A stretch of 64,000 nt of DNA from Octopus bimaculoides (GCF_001194135.2 NC_068992.1:3885923-3949922); one strand, 5' to 3'. Shown: positions 37,295 to 51,280, numbered from the stretch's first letter. Made by a program: numbers and translations. Notes: a model not told the origin generated them from the sequence alone.

Positions 37295-37517
37295 AAGGCG
37301 GCAGCAAGCTGGCAGAGTGGTTAGCGCGCCGGGCGAAATGTTTGGCGGTACTTTACCCGTTGCTACGTCCTGAGTTCAAATTCCGCCGAGGTCGACTTTG
37401 CCTTTCATCCTTTCGGGGTCGATAAATTAAATACCAGTTACGTACTGGGGTCGATCTAATCGACTGGCCCCCTCCCCCAAAATTTCGGGCCTTGTGTCTA
37501 GAGTAGAAAAGAATTAC
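37295..37517 (+). mobile_element. SINE family A, full length
   Basis: aaggcggcagcaagctggcagag...gggccttgtgtctagagtagaaaagaatta. Confidence 0.92.
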
Positions 37518-38582
37518 TAGAAGCCTATTAGAACCGTTAAAAGTGTCTTGGCCAAGGATACAGCTCATTTCTGGTGACAGCAAGCTAACTTCCGACACTT
37601 ACTGGTAGCATTAATGTCCTACCAATACAATTTTCTACATCATTAATGTCATTGGAGAATGCGTTAATGTTACTATATCACATACACACTGAATCTAGCG
37701 AAAGGTTAAATCTAAAGAAATACGTTTTTTTTTTGTTTAATAAAAAATGTATCATTACACATATAATTCCAGAGGTGTGTAAATACGTTCGTATAAGCGT
37801 CTGAACATATCTAAACAAATAATCTTGAAGAATGTATACGCACGGGTATTTCTGAGTGCAACCAATTGCGATGAATAATTAGACGCATCTCCTGAGAGAT
37901 TCAATTGATGATTTATATTTTGGAAACTAGTGAGGTGTGGACTGAAATATAACAAGGATGGTGTCATACACAGTCTTCCTCAGGAAATAAATGGAAGTAA
38001 AAAATATATATATAAAACTTTGAAATAAAAACACCAACGAACTTCGACAACAATCGTGCTCATATGAATGAGCATGTTGATATCTTTGGAGATGACAATC
38101 TATTCACATTCATGAGATATGAATTGGAAACTCTAAAGTATGAAGATATGAATTTCTGATATCGAAAAATGTTGAGGATTAAATTATAAATGCGACATAC
38201 TTTGATAGCAATCTCTCATTGCTTGTATAAACTCTCTGATTGCTTGATTAGATAATGGTTTCCAACACAACAGTTCAAATATATTGGTTCTTAAGACATG
38301 AAAGTATATTTACGAATGAAACTTCAGTATAAGTACGGATACACACAAACACACGCACGCACACACACACATACACACATACGTGCATACACACGCGCAA
38401 ACACACACACACGCACGCACTCACACACATAAATACATGCATACACACACACACACACACGAACGCACGCACACACATACACACATATACATGCATACAC
38501 ACGAGCAAAAAAACACACACACACACGCACGCACGCACACACATACACACAGATAATGCATACACACATACGCACACACACA

Positions 38583-38624
<42 letters not shown>

Positions 38625-39747
38625 ACACAGTAAGAAGTGTGCTTCCCAATCACATGACCCTTTCTCATTNNNNNNNNNNNNNNNNNNNNNNNNNNNNNNN
38701 NNNNNNNNNNNNNNNNNNNNNNNNNNNNNNNNNNNNNNNNNNNNNNNNNNNNNNNNNNNNNNNNNNNNNNNNNNNNNNNNNNNNNNNNNNNNNNNNNNNN
38801 NNNNNNNNNNNNNNNNNNNNNNNNNNNNNNNNNNNNNNNNNNNNNNNNNNNNNNNNNNNNNNNNNNNNNNNNNNNNNNNNNNNNNNNNNNNNNNNNNNNN
38901 NNNNNNNNNNNNNNNNNNNNNNNNNNNNNNNNNNNNNNNNNNNNNNNNNNNNNNNNNNNNNNNNNNNNNNNNNNNNNNNNNNNNNNNNNNNNNNNNNNNN
39001 NNNNNNNNNNNNNNNNNNNNNNNNNNNNNNNNNNNNNNNNNNNNNNNNNNNNNNNNNNNNNNNNNNNNNNNNNNNNNNNNNNNNNNNNNNNNNNNNNNNN
39101 NNNNNNNNNNNNNNNNNNNNNNNNNNNNNNNNNNNNNNNNNNNNNNNNNNNNNNNNNNNNNNNNNNNNNNNNNNNNNNNCTAAAAGAAGTGATTGTCATT
39201 CACTGGGCCAATTCTAGCGTATAGCTGGTACTTGAAATTCCAACAGAAAAGTAATGATCGTTGCTTCTGGTAGGACCCTATGGAAGAATAGCATGAGGAC
39301 TTTTTCACCCATAACCCACCCAGGAACATTAAAAACATTAGAAATAGACAAGAGATTCAATCAGTTATATCTTTCTCTACCTCACAAAGAATCTGTGAAC
39401 TTATAAGAAATTTATCCTCACACACTCTCACTATCTCTCTTTTTATATCTCCCCGCTAGCGATATAAACAAGCGTGCATTTTGCATCAAAAGACTATATG
39501 AGAATTTCCCTTGTGGTATCTATCGCATTGTAGTTTATTCCAACGGAATATTCACGTTTAAGTGAGGATAAATAATGCCTCCGGATATTCATATTGACTC
39601 TGTCACTATGATATATTTCTTTAAAAAGCTTTCTGGCTAATCATAACGCGAGTGCCTCTTCTGGCACTGATTTTCTCTACATCTCTGGCAGGGAAATGAA
39701 TCGCTGCTATCTGTAGCGGTCGAGCGTCCACCACCGATGCAGTAGTA

Positions 39748-39807
<60 letters not shown>

Positions 39808-40676
39808 CAGAAGCAGCAGCAGCAGTAGTAGTAGTAGTTGTTGTTGTTGTCGTTGTTGTGGTATTTGATATCTGCAGGTGCACAGTACTTTAACTCGCTG
39901 ACTAAAATGAATATTTAACAGCAGCTAATAATATAAAGTAGTTCTATATTAGGTTTATATAAATTGAAACGCTACCTTTCGTCACTCTACTATTGTTAAT
40001 ATAATTACATATAATATATATACTTATTATAAACGCTGAAATTGTGTCCAAGCAAAGCTACTGTATGTGATTAATAATGTATTCTCAATTGAGATGGTAA
40101 TGAGAAAGTGCGATATTCAGAATTGCTTTATGTCTTTTTATCTAGCGAACATTAACTCTAACCTAACCGAGCATTTACATAATGTCAAACTGCGATTTTG
40201 AGAGTGGCTTATTTAGTTAGTTTTTCTTCATATCAAAGGAAAGCCAATGAACTGTTTAGAAATATTTTGCTGGATAGGTACACGAGCATTTCAGATTTTC
40301 ATAAATGAGAAATGAAACTCAGAATTGCATAAGATATGTCATCATAAAAATGACGACCTCCACTACCACCACCTCTCTAATCACCACCACTGCTGCAACC
40401 ACCACTGCCACCACCATCACCTACACAGACACCAGCACCAGCACCAGCACCACAGATTCGGAGAGGAAACAGATTGATAAGAACAGAAGAAGAATAGTGA
40501 AGGGAATAATAGAAGCGAGCCAGTGATCGCTGGAAGCTGGTTGTTGGTGAAAGGGTTGAATAGGGAAAAGTAAGAGAAACATGATGGAGTAGCAATAAAG
40601 AGAAACAGAGTGAAGCAAGCAATGGAGATGGGTGGTAGTGAGAGGGTGAATGTCAAAGAAGATTCATATAGAAGAA

Positions 40677-40711
<35 letters not shown>

Positions 40712-40914
40712 CAGAGAGAGAGAGACAGAGAGAAAACTAAAGTGAGTCTACAAATTTGTGTTTGGGTGAGAGAAAATTTCCCCAAGACACCTAATGAAGG
40801 GTGGAGGGTAGATCAGCCGAAAAGTTGTGTTAGCAACAAACGAAATATCCGTCAAATGTTAATAATGTAAATAATGTCCATAATCCCTCATCTTTTAAAT
40901 ATAGAACAGAATAC

Positions 40915-41440
40915 CTTTTACATCACAAAATCCTTCTCTGCAGATGAAGCGACCTTGACTGTCTTTGGAGCTAGTGAGGAGGGGTGTTTCCATTGCTTGG
41001 ATTGTCAGTTTGTCTGTGGCTCAAAGTGGTGAAGCTAACATACCTCGTGGATTAGGAAACTTTCAAGGAAACCAGCTGGATCTGCCTGAATTGATGTCTT
41101 CCGACCCCTGATTAGGCTTCTGCGTCTTTGATCAGGTGTTAGAAGACACTGCACAATACAAATAGAAACATTCACTATGCCAAATTCATTGAGCAGAATA
41201 TTCTCAACTCTCACACGAGATATGACAATGGCATTGGCTATTTGATTTATAATCAACTGCCTGTCATCCATCAACATGTGCTGAACACGATCAATGCTTT
41301 CCTCGAGGGTGGCAGTTGCAAAACGTGCAGATCCTGGGTCATTTTCAAGACTCTCCCTTCCCCTCCTAAATATAGCTGCCCTATTGATAGGACACTGTTG
41401 ATAGAGCTGGACATCATCTCCTAATGTAGTAAACATGAAT
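40915..41440 (-). mobile_element. Mariner (DD34D, Himar1/irritans-like) transposase remnant
   Basis: FRRGRESLENDPGS.R..TAT.EE.ID.V..M..DDR, IA..IS..RV..IL, LLTPDQ, HHFEPQT..QSKQWKH. Confidence 0.85.
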
Positions 41441-41572
41441 GTCTTTGGGGGCTAAACCCTCTTCTTGTAGATACGATGCCAAATTTTGTCCTTTTTCAAG
41501 AGAAGTCGTTACTAATTACTTTTAAAGTGTTCTTTGAACAGTCAGATTTCATTTTATTTAGAAAGCAGTTAT

Positions 41573-41790
41573 TGGTTTCAAATTTAGGAACAAGGCCGAA
41601 ATTTTGTGGTAAGAGGGCAAGTCGATTGGATCGACTCCAGTGCTCAACTGGTACTTATTCTATCGACCCCAAAAGGATGAAAAACAACGTCGACCTCGGT
41701 AGAATTTGAACTCAAAACGTAAAGTTGGACGAAAATGCCGCAAATAATTTTGCTCAGTGTGCTACCGATTGTGCCAAGCTGCCGCTTTAA
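41573..41790 (-). mobile_element. SINE family A
   Basis: ccagtgctcaactggtacttattctatcgacccc..gtcgacctcggtagaatttgaactc. Confidence 0.9.
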
Positions 41791-42317
41791 AGCAATTCAG
41801 TTATTAGTGCAAGTGGAAGATCATGCATACAGGATTTCACAGCTCTAGCATCACTCCTTCATAGTCAGCCTATGAACTTTTCATTCCAGCCTCATAACTA
41901 TTCTGTTAATTCTCAAACGTCCTTGAAACGTGAAGAGATAACAAAAGAAGAAACAAATACAATTTTAAAATAAAGTAATATTCTTCATTTACTTTTCTGT
42001 TAGCTTTCTGTCTAATTGTCCTACTTTCTCAGTTTCTGTTTCTGCAACTATTATTGTCTCGTGAGATCTTTTTTAGATTAGTCACTTTTTTTTTTTTGTC
42101 TTTTTGGTAATTCATTCCTCTGCAAGAGATTACTTTAAATGACACTTGTTATTTATGTGTATATCTATGACACAGATAATTCCCTTTGATCTTCGCTAGA
42201 TTATCACATCACGCAATCTCTCTCCCTTACTTAATACACCATTCTCCAGCACTGTTGAAGGCATTGCCAAGTGATTACATTACAAAGGATGTGAAGAAGA
42301 AAAAATAGTAGTAGTAA

Positions 42318-42358
<41 letters not shown>

Positions 42359-44101
42359 ATAATAGTAGTAGTAGTAGTAGTAGTTCGAGGAAGTAGGGAA
42401 CGGAAAAAAATCAAAAGCTATGAAAAGTGGGTTATTATTAAATATGATGGATAAATATACATGCCTGAGAACACACACANNNNNNNNNNNNNNNNNNNNN
42501 NNNNNNNNNNNNNNNNNNNNNNNNNNNNNNNNNNNNNNNNNNNNNNNNNNNNNNNNNNNNNNNNNNNNNNNNNNNNNNNNNNNNNNNNNNNNNNNNNNNN
42601 NNNNNNNNNNNNNNNNNNNNNNNNNNNNNNNNNNNNNNNNNNNNNNNNNNNNNNNNNNNNNNNNNNNNNNNNNNNNNNNNNNNNNNNNNNNNNNNNNNNN
42701 NNNNNNNNNNNNNNNNNNNNNNNNNNNNNNNNNNNNNNNNNNNNNNNNNNNNNNNNNNNNNNNNNNNNNNNNNNNNNNNNNNNNNNNNNNNNNNNNNNNN
42801 NNNNNNNNNNNNNNNNNNNNNNNNNNNNNNNNNNNNNNNNNNNNNNNNNNNNNNNNNNNNNNNNNNNNNNNNNNNNNNNNNNNNNNNNNNNNNNNNNNNN
42901 NNNNNNNNNNNNNNNNNNNNNNNNNNNNNNNNNNNNNNNNNNNNNNNNNNNNNNNNNNNNNNNNNNNNNNNNNNNNNNNNNNNNNNNNNNNNNNNNNNNN
43001 NNNNNNNNNNNNNNNNNNNNNNNNNNNNNNNNNNNNNNNNNNNNNNNNNNNNNNNNNNNNNNNNNNNNNNNNNNNNNNNNNNNNNNNNNNNNNNNNNNNN
43101 NNNNNNNNNNNNNNNNNNNNNNNNNNNNNNNNNNNNNNNNNNTATATATATATATGTGTGTATGGATATAAATATATATATGTGTGTATGGATATAAATA
43201 TATAGATATATACATACACGGTATATATATGTGTGTGTAGATACATATGTATTTATGTATATGCATATATATATAGATGTATATAAATAAATATATATGT
43301 ATGTATATATATATGTGTGTGTGTAGATACATATGTATAATATGTATATGCGTATGTATATAGATGCATATTAATATATATATATATAAGTATATNNNNN
43401 NNNNNNNNNNNNNNNNNNNNNNNNNNNNNNNNNNNNNNNNNNNNNNNNNNNNNNNNNNNNNNNNNNNNNNNNNNNNNNNNNNNNNNNNNNNNNNNNNNNN
43501 NNNNNNNNNNNNNNNNNNNNNNNNNNNNNNNNNNNNNNNNNNNNNNNNNNNNNNNNNNNNNNNNNNNNNNNNNNNNNNNNNNNNNNNNNNNNNNNNNNNN
43601 NNNNNNNNNNNNNNNNNNNNNNNNNNNNNNNNNNNNNNNNNNNNNNNNNNNNNNNNNNNNNNNNNNNNNNNNNNNNNNNNNNNNNNNNNNNNNNNNNNNN
43701 NNNNNNNNNNNNNNNNNNNNNNNNNNNNNNNNNNNNNNNNNNNNNNNNNNNNNNNNNNNNNNNNNNNNNNNNNNNNNNNNNNNNNNNNNNNNNNNNNNNN
43801 NNNNNNNNNNNNNNNNNNNNNNNNNNNNNNNNNNNNNNNNNNNNNNNNNNNNNNNNNNNNNNNNNNNNNNNNNNNNNNNNNNNNNNNNNNNNNNNNNNNN
43901 NNNNNNNNNNNNTATATATATATATATATATATATATATGCGAGTAAAAATAAATACAAAAAAAGGGTTTTTTTTGTATGATTGTGTATAATATATATAT
44001 ATATATACGTTTATTTATATACATATGTGTGTGTATATGTATATGTATTTACCGACCCCAACCTAGCTCTCTGTTTAGTGGCTTCAAGTATTCTTATTCC
44101 C

Positions 44102-44148
<47 letters not shown>

Positions 44149-44762
44149 AATCTGTGTGTGTGTGTGTGCATGAGTGTGTGTGCGTACGTGTGTGTATACA
44201 GATATGTATATCTAGACACACACACACGCACATGCACTCACACACGCACACAGATATCGGAAAAGACGTGTTTGTATTTAACAGTCTTTGCATATTGCAT
44301 GTTCGACTGCTATTCCTCATGTGTGATTTTATAATTCATTGGATTTACCTTAAAGTCAGAAGAAAAAACGAACGTATTCCAGGAATTCGATGAATTGTTC
44401 ATCGAATTCCCTCGACCTTTTCAGCAAGTGGAATAGGATTATTGTTTTCACCAGCTGTCTTTAGTAATTTTCGTCACAGACATGAATGAAGATAATCTGC
44501 AAGTTCTCTTTGGATTTAATGCTTTCTGAAAATGGAAAGGTTTTGCACTTAAGAACTTCCTTGTTTCCAAGTGTTAGAAACGAGTCACGATGATGTATCC
44601 AATTATAGATTTAGGATTCATTGTAAACGTTCCGACCTTTTTGTCGGAAGCATAACAATAATAATAATAATGATGATGATGATGATGATGATGATGATAA
44701 TAATAATGATGATGATGATGATGATGATGATGACGATGATGATGATGATAATAATAATAATA

Positions 44763-44805
<43 letters not shown>

Positions 44806-44828
44806 CGACGATGATAATAATAATGATG

Positions 44829-44894
<66 letters not shown>

Positions 44895-44944
44895 GCAACA
44901 ATAATAATAATAACAATAACAGCAAAAATTATAATAATTCTCTC

Positions 44945-45055
44945 TGTTAAAAACACAAGGCCTGAAATTTTGGGGGGAGTGTACTAGTCGATTACACTGA
45001 CCCCAGTATTTCACTGGTCATTAGTTTATCGACCCCGAAAGGATGAAAGGCATAG
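44945..45055 (-). mobile_element. SINE family A, 3' half
   Basis: cacaaggcctgaaattttggg..ttatcgaccccgaaaggatgaaaggc. Confidence 0.85.
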
Positions 45056-46009
45056 TCATTTTCCTATCCACTAGCCCCACCCAATCCACACGTGCATCCA
45101 AAATGGATGTCCCTAGAAAGGTCTCAGGGCGTCTGAAGAACTCCAGCTGCCCCTCTCAGTCGGGGAGTACACTACAACCAGTCTAAAAGCACTGCCTTCC
45201 TTATCGTTCAGGCCCAGGACCACCTCCTTTTTTCTAACTAATCACTAAACCACACACACACACACTGCCCCTACTCCAATCTCTGCTCTCTTCCCCCTCT
45301 GCATCATCATCCTATTCATTATGAGTGTCATCGACGAAATGATTACCATCGTGTTAATTATCATCATCATCATCACCATCATCGTCGTCGTCGTCGTCGT
45401 GGTCGTAATGATGATCAGGTTTATCGTCATCGTTTTCGCTGTCATCATCGTTTTCCTCCTCCTCCTCGTCGTCGTCGTCGTCATCATCATCCCATTACCC
45501 GAAACAACAACACAAAACCCTATCACAACGAGCTAACGACTCTAAACTTCACCATCACAAACGTCACCATTATCATTTTCATCATACCCCCCCCCCCCCG
45601 CCTCTATAACCACAACGACAATTAATGCCATTACCACCTCCGATTTCCACCAGACTACAACCATTTTCGTTACAATAATCTCCAATATCAATGTTATTAC
45701 CAAACAACTATCCAATATTCAAAGCAGAACGAATTTTGACAGGCGTCCAGAAGACTTGGCCATAAATTGTCTGGTCTCAATAAAGAAAAATTAACACTTA
45801 ATTGTCTAGACTTCTTAATGTACTTCGATTGTATTAGACCAAACTCGTGAATATTCTTATTGATACAATACAATAGACTTGAGTGGAATTTAAACGCATT
45901 CTTAGTCGAATATGATACAGAGTAGCAACAGAAATTCAGATATTAATAAACCCATCAACCTTATATTGTCATTTGGCCAAAGTTAGAATTTGGTAGAGAG
46001 AAACTGTGT

Positions 46010-46160
46010 AGAAGCCCAAGCTTGCTTCCCTACCACATGGTTCCGGGTTCAGTCCCACTGCGTGGCACTTTGAGCAAGTGTCTTCACCTATAGCCGAGCA
46101 AAGATTTGCGAGAGGATTTGGTAGACGGAAACCGAAATAAGCCCGTCGTGTGTGTGTGTG
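46010..46160 (+). mobile_element. SINE family B, 5' half
   Basis: ccacatggttccgggttcagtcccactgcgtggcac..ggatttggtagacggaaac. Confidence 0.9.
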
Positions 46161-46169
46161 AATAATTAT

Positions 46170-46285
46170 ATTCTTTTTATTTGTTCCAGTTATTTGACTG
46201 CGGCCATGATGGATCATTGCCTTTAGTCGAAGAAATCGACCTCAGGACTTATTCTTTGTAAGTCTAGTACTTGTTCTATCGGTGT
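46170..46285 (-). mobile_element. SINE family B, 3' end in reverse orientation
   Basis: ttgactgcggccatg..ggacttattctttgtaagtctagtacttgttctatcggt. Confidence 0.85.
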
Positions 46286-46559
46286 CTTAAGAGGAGGGAA
46301 ATAATATCCAGGCAGATCTCTACGATCTTGTATAAATGTCTCCTGCAGTTAATTCATCTGAAGATTAACAAGTTATTTAACGTGGCTGATAGTCGTGGCT
46401 TCATACTTGGAGATAATATTCATCGTATTTTCGATAAGTAGTCTCCCACTCCAAATACGCGACTTGTCGCTTCGAGTTGTGGTGTATATGTGTATGCATG
46501 ACATACATACATACACATCTATGTATGTATGTATGTATGTATGTATGTATGTATGTATG

Positions 46560-46795
46560 TATGTATGTATGTATGTATGTATGTCTTCGCGTTTATGCTT
46601 GTTGTTCACCACCGCTTGGCAATTTTCTTTTACATCTCTACAAAATAGCGGTTCGGCAAAAGACCGATCGAATAAGTACCTGACTTTAAAAAAATAAATC
46701 TTGGAGGTGAGATTCGTTCTACAAAATCCTTGAAGGTGGAATCCGAGCGTAGCCGCAGTCGATTGAGTGAAACAAGTAGAAAATAAATAAGAGAT
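46560..46795 (+). mobile_element. SINE family B, 3' half
   Basis: agcggttcggcaaaagaccgatcgaataagtacc..gccgcagtc..gaaacaagta. Confidence 0.8.
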
Positions 46796-48504
46796 AAAAT
46801 GTCGGTAAAATTCTTACATTATTAATTATAAAGGAATTAATTTTAATTACAAAGACGGAAAAAATTCAGAGTATCATTAAGTTGAAAATTTTGTATCTTC
46901 TTAATTTAATGTTTACAAAATTTCTATTATGATAAATATTTAATTGAAATTAAATATACTGCCTAATCTATATATCTAATAGAAATTTATGTCAGTATTA
47001 ATGTGTTAGTCAATATATTTTGCAATAAGTCGATCGAAAACGAAATATATATATATATATATTCCTTTTATTTTCAGATATTTTACGAAAAAAAATCCCT
47101 TTAAAGTTGAATGAGAGATGTGGTAGCAATTATACATTTAATTTACTCAGGAAACTAAAGAAAAAATAATGATAATTAATTTCGTTGGTGTCTTAAATAG
47201 TGTCTTTATACTAAACTAAATTCTAGTCAAAAATGTTTAGAGATGAAAAATTTTTTAAGAAACATAGAAATATTGAAATTAACAATAAATCAAAATTTCC
47301 GTTGCTTTAATTATTCTGATTAAAAGAAGATAAATTTAATAATACAGTTTGAAATTATACATGTTTTATTGTTCACTAAGTAAGAAGTTCTACCTGTCAG
47401 AATTGGTTGATCAACTTTACGATTTGTAACCTTAGGCTCTGAGGCTGGCAGTATAATCTATCGAAACAAAAGCAAATAAAAAATCGATGGGCATAACACA
47501 TAATACATTCAAATGAGATATTGCATTACAAGAAATATGTAATTGAAAATATATATAAATTTGTATACATACATTAATACGTATACTAAAAGCAACTTAA
47601 GATTATGTTTCATAGAATAATAATGTAATTTCCGTTCACTAAGTCTAAATTATTTGAGTGAAATATAAATAAAATTAAAATAAAATATTGTCTTATTCCT
47701 AATCGTTTCGAATCAATAAAATGTATAATCGTAAAACACTGGCTGTTATTAAAACAACGTTAATATGTAAAACAGTTGATAATAGATATAATGGAGATTG
47801 TTTTAGTTGAGAATATTAAAACTAAACTGAAGCGAAAGAATACGGATCAACCTCAAGTGGTGTAATGTAGAAAAATATACATGTAATTAAAGATTGTAAT
47901 ATACAGAAGAGATTACATGTTACGGATGTGTTAAATTGAGGTAGGAAAATTTTACATTAGTTTTAAAAGCGTGGTAAGTAATTGTGGACTGTGACAATAC
48001 AACAGATTTTGGAAGAATAAAACAGATTTTTTAACTTAATACCAAACTTGAGTTAAGCATATATATTTAGGCGCAGGTGTGGCTATGTAGTAAGAATTTT
48101 AGTTCCGGTTATAGACGACGGTCATTGTTTGTGCTTCGTGCTGAAATTACCGTTGGATTTACCGTTGGGTTATAGTGTTACTACTGCTGGTATTGTTGAA
48201 CTTGTCACTATTATTTGTTGAACTGTTCTGTTTCTCGGTTACGGGAAATAGAAATTGTTACATATTTTCTGTGGCTGTTGTGGCATTGTTTATATTTTTC
48301 TTTTAAAAAATTGAACCGTTTTAGTCTTTGCAGATATTTTCGTGTGCCTCGCCCCCAGCGGGGGCGAGAATTGAACTGTTTTTGAACTATTTTAAACTGT
48401 GTCGTACTGTTTTGAATTGTTTCTGAACTGTTGACCTCTTCTTCAGGAGAATTTAAATTATTCTATTCTTGTTTTCTCTGTTCTTTGGTTATTAATTTCA
48501 GCCG

Positions 48505-48874
48505 AGTATGTCGGTCGAAATTATCAGAGAAAAATGTACTCGAGGTGCTGGACGAATGCCCTGGGGAGATGTCGCCGGGTCTCGATTAATTCTATAAAAG
48601 TATGCCTGACTTGCTTGGGCATCTACTGGTCAGCGTTTACTCCAACTGGTAGTAGAATGGGAGAATTCCCAAGTCTGCGAGCCGGTGGTGGTGACGTTGA
48701 TCAGAAAGGACCCGAGCAAGGGGGATGAGATAGGGAACTTTAGGCCCATAACTCTGCTAAACACAGAGTTAAAGATTTTGGCCAAGGTGCTAGCAAAAAG
48801 TTTGGCGTGGGTCGTGGTCGGACTTGTCGGGGAAGCGCAAACTTGCGCTATCCTGAGCAGGTCAATCCGTGATA
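48505..48874 (+). mobile_element. L1/Tx1-clade LINE RT N-terminal fragment
   Basis: VLEVLDEC..SPGLD..FY.SMPDL.G.LL..VY.NW..NG.IP..VVTLIRK..NFRPITLLNTELKILAKVLA..L..V..L..EAQT; runs into N gap. Confidence 0.85.
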
Positions 48875-49207
48875 NNNNNNNNNNNNNNNNNNNNNNNNNN
48901 NNNNNNNNNNNNNNNNNNNNNNNNNNNNNNNNNNNNNNNNNNNNNNNNNNNNNNNNNNNNNNNNNNNNNNNNNNNNNNNNNNNNNNNNNNNNNNNNNNNN
49001 NNNNNNNNNNNNNNNNNNNNNNNNNNNNNNNNNNNNNNNNNNNNNNNNNNNNNNNNNNNNNNNNNNNNNNNNNNNNNNNNNNNNNNNNNNNNNNNNNNNN
49101 NNNNNNNNNNNNNNNNNNNNNNNNNNNNNNNNNNNNNNNNNNNNNNNNNNNNNNNNNNNNNNNNNNNNNNNNNNNNNNNNNNNNNNNNNNNNNNNNNNNN
49201 NNNNNNN

Positions 49208-49273
<66 letters not shown>

Positions 49274-50159
49274 TCAATAGATCTTCTTTCAAATACCATG
49301 ACCTCTACATTTATTTCCATTTACCATTTATTTCACGTGCCTTTACTTTCCCTTGTTTACCAACAACCCCTTCCGTTTTCATCCCCAACCCTTCTACCGT
49401 CATATTATATTCCAAACCAAACAATGCACCAATTTAATCCATGAAATGTTATCATCTATGAAATATTCCTTGACAGTTCCCCTGCTATTTTAAACATATC
49501 GTGATCTGTTCTTATCAGAAGCCATGTTTACCGCCTTCCTTATACTCATTCGTCTAATCGTGGTTGATAAGTATAAAGATGTTTCAGCTTGTCATGCATT
49601 CATAAAATTCACAAACGGATGAGACCGCTGGATAGAAGAATCAAATGCATGATACGAGTGGCATGCTATTAATATATTTGCACACCAATACTCGTATTCA
49701 TACGTACGCATATGCATTCTCATATGCATGGATACATACAGACAGACTGACTGACAGATAGATACAATTATATCATACTTATTCACACGAAATTACGGGA
49801 ATGCGGATAAATGCTTATTAAGTGATCCATATAAACATTCGCTCACGCCATTTTATCTTCTTATATACTAACAGCTTATGATCATTCAAATTCAATAGAT
49901 ATTGATTTAAAATTTTGGCACAAGGCCAGCAATTTCGGGGGTTGGGGGAGTTTAGTCATTTACACCGATCTCAGTGTCTTTGAATGTCGAAATGAGCAGC
50001 TGATAGACAGTCGACAACTGATGAAGGGTTCTTTCTCTGTATTTACTTGTCCTGTTTTCATTTTTTTCCTCGTTGTTTGCGCATTTAACACGTTTGTTTA
50101 CGTATTTCATGTTATTTGTACCATTGGTGACATCCAGTCCCCATATATTCTTTTCTTCT

Positions 50160-50366
50160 TTAGGCACAAGGCTCGAAATTTTTGGGGAGGGAGTCAGTCG
50201 ATTACATCGACCCCAGGACGAAACTGGTACTTAATTTATCTGGTGTTTAATTAAGGATGAAAGGCAAAGTCGACGTCGGCAGAATTTGAACTCAGAACGT
50301 AAAGACAGACGAAATACCGTTAAGCATTTCGCCCGGGGTGCTTACGTATCTGCCAGCTCACCACCT
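50160..50366 (-). mobile_element. SINE family A
   Basis: ggatgaaaggcaaagtcgacgtcggcagaatttgaactcagaacgtaaagac. Confidence 0.9.
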
Positions 50367-50482
50367 GTCCTGTACCCATATATGCATATATATCATCATC
50401 ATCATCATCATATATATATATGCCTGTTGTACCACTATTCTATGTATGTATGTATGTATGTATGTATGTATGTATGTATGTA

Positions 50483-50519
<37 letters not shown>

Positions 50520-51074
50520 ATGTGTGCAGAGAGAGAGAAGAGAGAGAGTGTGGAAGATGAAAGGAGAGGTTGGGAGCAAGAAGTGAAAGAGATGCATATT
50601 CAGACAGTTTGATAGCCCTCAGCGAATAAACTAATATGAAATAAGCAGCTGACATCAAGAATTTGTGTGCAATAAAAGACTAATTGAATATTAAAAATGG
50701 ATAGTTTTGCTTCCGGTGACGTCATCATCACAATCATTATAATTCATTTTAATTGTTAATTACATTTATTCTATTGTGTACCATATATTGTTATGGTGAT
50801 ACTGTGAAGCTGGTGCTGATGTTGGTGATGCTGGTGCTGTTGTTGGTGTGAATAATGTTCGGTAAATAGTGGTACTTCGGTGCCAGTGGTTCTGGGTTGG
50901 CAGTGGTAATGGTGGAACTGGTTGTAGCGTCGGTGATGCTGAGAGTGATGTTGGTGCTTATGATCATGATGTCGTCGGGGTGGTAGTGCTATCAGGCCCC
51001 GTGCCTGTATTCGAAACATGAATTTGTTCCCGTGTTGTCTTTTGTTTCATTGAGAGGAATTTCAGTTTTAAATT

Positions 51075-51280
51075 CGGGTAAGTTTGGAAGAATCGTTGGT
51101 GTGTCAGGCAAAATGCTTAGCAGCGTTTTTTTCCAGCTATTTAATTTTTTAGGGTAAGATCTTGCAGGGGTCGTTTTTGCCTTTCATCGTTTCAGGCTCG
51201 ATAAAATAAAATACAAGTTCAGCAATGGGATCGACATAATCAGCAAGGCCCAGCCTTAGAAAATTTCAGGTCATGTGCCT
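51075..51280 (+). mobile_element. Degenerate SINE family A
   Basis: ggcaaaatgcttagcagc..tttgcctttcatcgtttc..gataaaataaa. Confidence 0.65.

Noticed and set aside
38130-38185. Possible very old RTE fragment (..YRKMLRIK)
   Set aside because: Too short and decayed to support
45130-45180. CTGAAGA-ACTCC..GGAGT stem
   Set aside because: No GAAA or stem III follows
46341-46433. Acceptor-like ctcctgcag followed by 30 open codons
   Set aside because: Within chance expectation and no recognisable motif
46800-48060. Very AT-rich 1.3-kb stretch, considered as a mitochondrial insertion
   Set aside because: No mitochondrial protein, rRNA or tRNA motif recognised by eye; BLASTN to mtDNA would settle it
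3704-50726. Four TGACGTCA (CRE) sites near 3704, 27621, 32280 and 50718
   Set aside because: 8-mers without promoter context; one lies inside a transposon
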